Shown here piece after piece: positions 59,592 to 64,000 of a DNA stretch of 64,000 nucleotides. The notes under the pieces were generated by a model. That model did no database searches and was not told the origin of the DNA. It saw only the letters and a list, made by a program, of their open reading frames with translations. The translations under genes and the position numbers were made by a program. Source of the stretch: Podarcis bocagei (lineage: Eukaryota); assembly GCA_964188305.1 (NCBI GenBank), contig OZ076893.1; one strand, 5' to 3'. How positions within the stretch are numbered: the stretch's first letter is position 1; each line of letters starts with the position of its first letter.

Positions 59592-62260
59592 AATATAAAG
59601 TATCTTACAGTAGCTTGTCATATTATTACTACATTTTGCTCATTGAATCTTCATAAGCTTTAGTGGCAGCTAAAGTTTGTCCTGAAAACATTTCTAATGC
59701 TATGGAGTTGTTGCATTGTAAGTGCTTAGACTGACAATACAAATCAGTATTTGAGTGGTCAACCTCTCCTATCAAGAAAGCTAAACCAAGTTTAGGTTAA
59801 TTAACAATGCAGTCTTTTTTATATCTTTTGCCTTTCTTTTTCTCCCCAACCCCTTTATGTTAAAGGGACAATTTCCTGTTGGTATTTTTATTTTATATGT
59901 ATGAACTCTAATTTCACTGTTGATTTTTATACTGTCAGCTGTTTTCATGTATAAATATTTTTAATTCTCTAAATTGTATTTGTTTTAAATACGTTTTCAT
60001 AGTAGTGTCAGTAATAAATTGCAAAAGCAAGCTAAGCCTCGGAGCTAGGTACAGGAATTTTTAAAAATCAGCACAATAAATGAATAGTGTTTCAGTATTA
60101 CAAAATGCCTCTAAAATCTGAAAGCCTATAATTTTGTATGGTTTTCTTATTGTCCCACATTAGTTTAAAGGAGAATGAGGATTATTACAAAAGTTGCTGA
60201 TTTTAAAGGGCTGCTTGTAGCCTCCACATACATAGCAGGGGTGCCTTCTAGAATTGGCCTCCTGAAAAGCCGCCTCCACAAATGGGAGAACTCCTAATGT
60301 GATGGTGCTGAAGATAGTACAGGCTGTTGCTAGTAATGAAAAGAAAACGCACTGCATAATATAGCAAGCCCTTCTTTCGGCCTGAGAGGCTTTCAGGATC
60401 TCGGCCATAATCCCTTCAACTGAGAACAGTTTTTAGAATGGTGACAGACATTATTATTTGTATACTTGCAAAAGAAAACCATTCTATCTGTAGGCTAGAA
60501 TTTAAAATTTTAAGTCTAGTAATTGGACTTAAATGCCACCTTGCAAAAAGGGAATATACAGCAGAGAGTTTTAAGATAAATAGGAACAATAGCTTCTGTA
60601 ATATGAATATTACTCATTTTGGTGCAGACTTCGCAGTATGCATGAACTTTTCTTTTCTGAAACTTCATTGGGACCATTCAGTTAATAACCAAGACAGTGC
60701 TTGATACGTCTGTGAGATTTCTATAAATTGGGGGGCTGTTTAGGGAGGATAAGGCAATGATGGGTTAATATAAATGCTATCCAAGGATATGGAAAAGCAT
60801 CTTGCTCTGAATGTTCTGCAGTAGGCTGTAGATAGTCTCCCAAAGATTAAATCACATATTTTAGATGGTGCATGATTGCAGAGAATAAGTTAATTTTTGG
60901 ATTTATAATTAACAGATACACCATTTATTTGTATTTAACTCCAATTCAGACAAATTCTTATAAGCATGTGGTGAAACATTAGATTAGAAAGAAAATTGCC
61001 TTTAACAATTTGATTCCTGTTAAATTTACTCAAAGGGAATTACTTGCAGGAATATACTATATTTGGTAAATATAATCTGTGTCATATAAATTTGAGTTGA
61101 GATTTTTATTTTATTTTATGCAGAAGTTTGCAAATTGCCTGGAACAAAGTTAATCATGTCTTAGGAATGGTTTGTGATGAAAGAAGGTACAGAAACATTG
61201 CATACATAAAAATATCCATGGTATATAGGATTGTGCTGCAATTCCTAAGCATAGCCATCAGGAAGTTCCATAAAAGCAAACGGGTCTTGGATCCCTTACA
61301 TTTATCTTTCAAAAAAAGATGCATATGATTGTGTAATAGAACGAAGTATAAATTTGTTAAATAAGTGTGAGCTGCTTGACTTCTTAGACAGGCGTGCTTA
61401 CATTTATAAAATACTTGTTTCTGTTCTGATTTAGAAATTGCTGGCTATTTAATTGTATAGTTGTTGCAGTATTTCAAAAGTGAAATAGCTAGTTCCAAGA
61501 ACAATTTGGATAACTATTTCCACAAACGGTCTTCTGAAATTGTGCATGCATATGCACGGAAAAAAGATCTTAGAGAGTTTATTAATAGTAACATAATTAA
61601 TAAAATAATGTGGCACTTGAGCTAGATTTTTTTTTCAGGAGTTTGCCATCAAAAGACTTTTCATTGATTTTGAACACCCAGTTTATATAAGGAACTAAAA
61701 CAAACGAGGCATTTTATGCCGAAAAGTAAAGGAAGAATGTTGTATGTCATAGGTAGGGCAAATGTCAATGCTTTGGTGACAAAGGAGTTTCTGGTATACA
61801 ATGGTGTAATTCTGTGTTCTATTATTTTAGCACAGCTGGAAAAGTTGAATGATAAAGTTATTAAATCATTTTGTATCCTCTGTCCCTTTTCTCCGTTCTA
61901 CAAAACACGTTCATAGCATGACTAGTCTTATAAGCAGGTCAGTTAAGTTATTCATTGTCTAAGAGAATGGACGCGAGGTGCTGCATTCACCTCAAATCTA
62001 GTAGAAGGAAGTAGGGCACTTGTATTAGCAAATCTTACTTTTTGTTGCTTTGATGCTATTTTATGTCATTCTGTTCACAATGTAGAGAACAAAATTATTT
62101 TAACGTCCCTTAGCCAACAGAAAACTACATTTGTTTAAACCTTTCTTAATTTATTTAATAAGTAGTTTGTTAAACCTTTATAGTATAGAAGACAGATGTT
62201 GAGACTTGAATTTATACTTTTATTAAACTGTAAATATAAACCTGAAGTGTATGACTGTGT
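59592..62260 (+). other. Probable long AU-rich MIB1 3' UTR with several poly(A) signals (AATAAA 60013, 60075, 61599; ATTAAA 62222) and a Pumilio-type TGTAAATA at 62229
   Basis: AT-rich stretch with no recognisable TE after the stop; true 3' end cannot be determined. Confidence 0.5.
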
Positions 62261-63154
62261 CAAACTATATTCTAATCTGCACTATATTAGAAACAGTACT
62301 TGCAGTCCTGACCAGAGAACTACGCATAGGGCCCAACACCTACGGTAACAGGGTTCCTACGGATAGTGTTCCAGTAATTAGCTGCCTAAACTAGCCGTGT
62401 GCTCCCTTCTGGCTGTGCCCTAACTCCAATGTTCTGCATTGTGCATGTGCTGTATAGCTGCTGGGGGTGAGGAGGGTTGCCAAGGGCCACCGGAAGTAGG
62501 ACACTACTTCACAGCCAATAGGTGAAAAGAGCAGCTGTGCAATACAGCAGCAGGAAACCATTTCTCAAATGGGCACTAAAACTACCAAGTCAGCTGTAGT
62601 CATCCTGTTGCTTGAAGACAGGAAAATATCATCACTCCCAACAGAATCTTTGACTCACTCCTTCCTCGGAGTGAGTTTGGCTTCTAACCAGATGTAGAAG
62701 AATACCTAACACTCAAGGAAGTACATACAACCAATGCAACATCCATAAAAGCCCAATAACACAAACACATATGTGCACTGGCTGCACTCTAGACATTTGG
62801 GTCTTCAATTATTGCATGTATGTTGGTCAGCAGTGGGATGGGGGTGGAGTCTTGGTTCTGTCCTAGTGCTCCCTCAGAAACACCCTTCAAGTGAGGACAG
62901 TGGTCCCTTCTTGACTGGGCACTAGGACAACAACAGTGTTCTTAAGCTGCTCCTACTGACTTAAGTGAGTACAGCTAAATTAAGTACGTATTTGAAATAA
63001 CCTGCTGGAGGAGACACCTCCGAAGCACAACCTCTGAAAAAGAGTACAAATCTATTTTGCAATATTTTGTGAATATACTTGGGTTCAGCCAAGTAGCTAA
63101 CTGACACACATATTGCAATGGCGCATTTGTTGAAAATGCCTGCACTTGTGGTCA

Positions 63155-63484
63155 CATTAGGTCCAGTCGTAGCCGACACTGGGGTTGCGGCGCTCATCTC
63201 GCTTTATTGGCCGAGAGAGACGGCGTACAGCTTCCGGGTCATGTGGCCAGCAGGACTAAGCCGCTTCTGGTGAACCAGAGCAGCGCACAAAAGCGCTGTT
63301 TACCTTCCCACCAGAGCGGTACTTATTTATCTACTTGCACTTTGACGTGCTTTGAACTGCTAGGTGGGCAGGAGCTGGGACCGAACAGTGGGAACTCGCC
63401 CCGTCACGGGGATTCGAACAGCTGACCTTCTGATTGGCAAGTCCTAGGCTGTGTGGTTTAACCCACAGTGCCACCTGCGTCCCC
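63155..63484 (-). mobile_element. Sauria SINE, 3' tail missing
   Basis: Reverse complement aligns to the 49187 copy from its gggacgc head to near the 3' end. Confidence 0.88.
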
Positions 63485-64000
63485 GAGCTGTGTCTTTAGG
63501 AGGCACCAAATTCAGAGAACTGTAAACTCAACAAATGCAAGCACTGAGCAACCTAGTAAGAGAAGACCCAGACATTATTCTGCCCAACAAAAGTGAACAA
63601 AATGACCCAAGGATTCTGTTTTGAAGAGGGATTTAGTATGATGTATATAAACAATGTCCTATGAACATCTAGAGATGCATTCTCAGATGGGTTAATTGGA
63701 GATGGTCACAAAGTAGATAACATCAATTATTTCAGCTTGTGGAAAACTGAATTGATCTCTGGCAGAGTTCAGCAGAATGTGCTGGTTTCTCATGCCTCTG
63801 ATCCTAAACTTTCTGTAGCATGGAATCGAAGTGTCTAGATGTGGGGATTCCAGAAACCAGAGGTTGGCAATCACACTTCAGTGGTCAAAATGTGAAACTA
63901 CTAAGAATGAAAGGGTAGGGGGAAGCAGGCAAGAAGTCAAAACAGATTACAAAATAAACTCTAATGTGGCTCTAAAACTGGACTAATTCCAGCTTACCAA

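Noticed and set aside
60300-60420. SECIS-like or structured element in the MIB1 3' UTR
   Set aside because: No in-frame UGA in MIB1 and no convincing SECIS core; only a short hairpin

Overview
Squamate (lizard, probably lacertid, judging by Sauria SINE, BovB, L2/CR1 and Tigger-like MITE content) genomic DNA. It holds two complete head-to-head protein-coding genes, each with its own CpG island. ABHD3 is on the minus strand (9 coding exons, 15733->1396, 406 aa). MIB1 is on the plus strand (21 coding exons, 22130->59591, 1006 aa). All introns are GT-AG with consistent phases. MIB1 intron 12 (37873-47667) carries the antisense muscle miRNA pair miR-1-2 and miR-133a-1, with a candidate TATA/CArG/MEF2 promoter and a MEF2+E-box element between the hairpins; this is a known vertebrate arrangement. 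The less expected observations are: a chain of minus-strand candidate non-coding exons running away from the MIB1 promoter; a 5'-inverted (twin-primed-like) SINE insertion with a 13-bp TSD at one of those donors; a ~160-bp tandem array inside a Tc2/pogo-like DNA transposon; a solo-LTR-like element nested in a SINE; and stacked uORFs in the putative ABHD3 leader. I found no convincing wholly new coding system.
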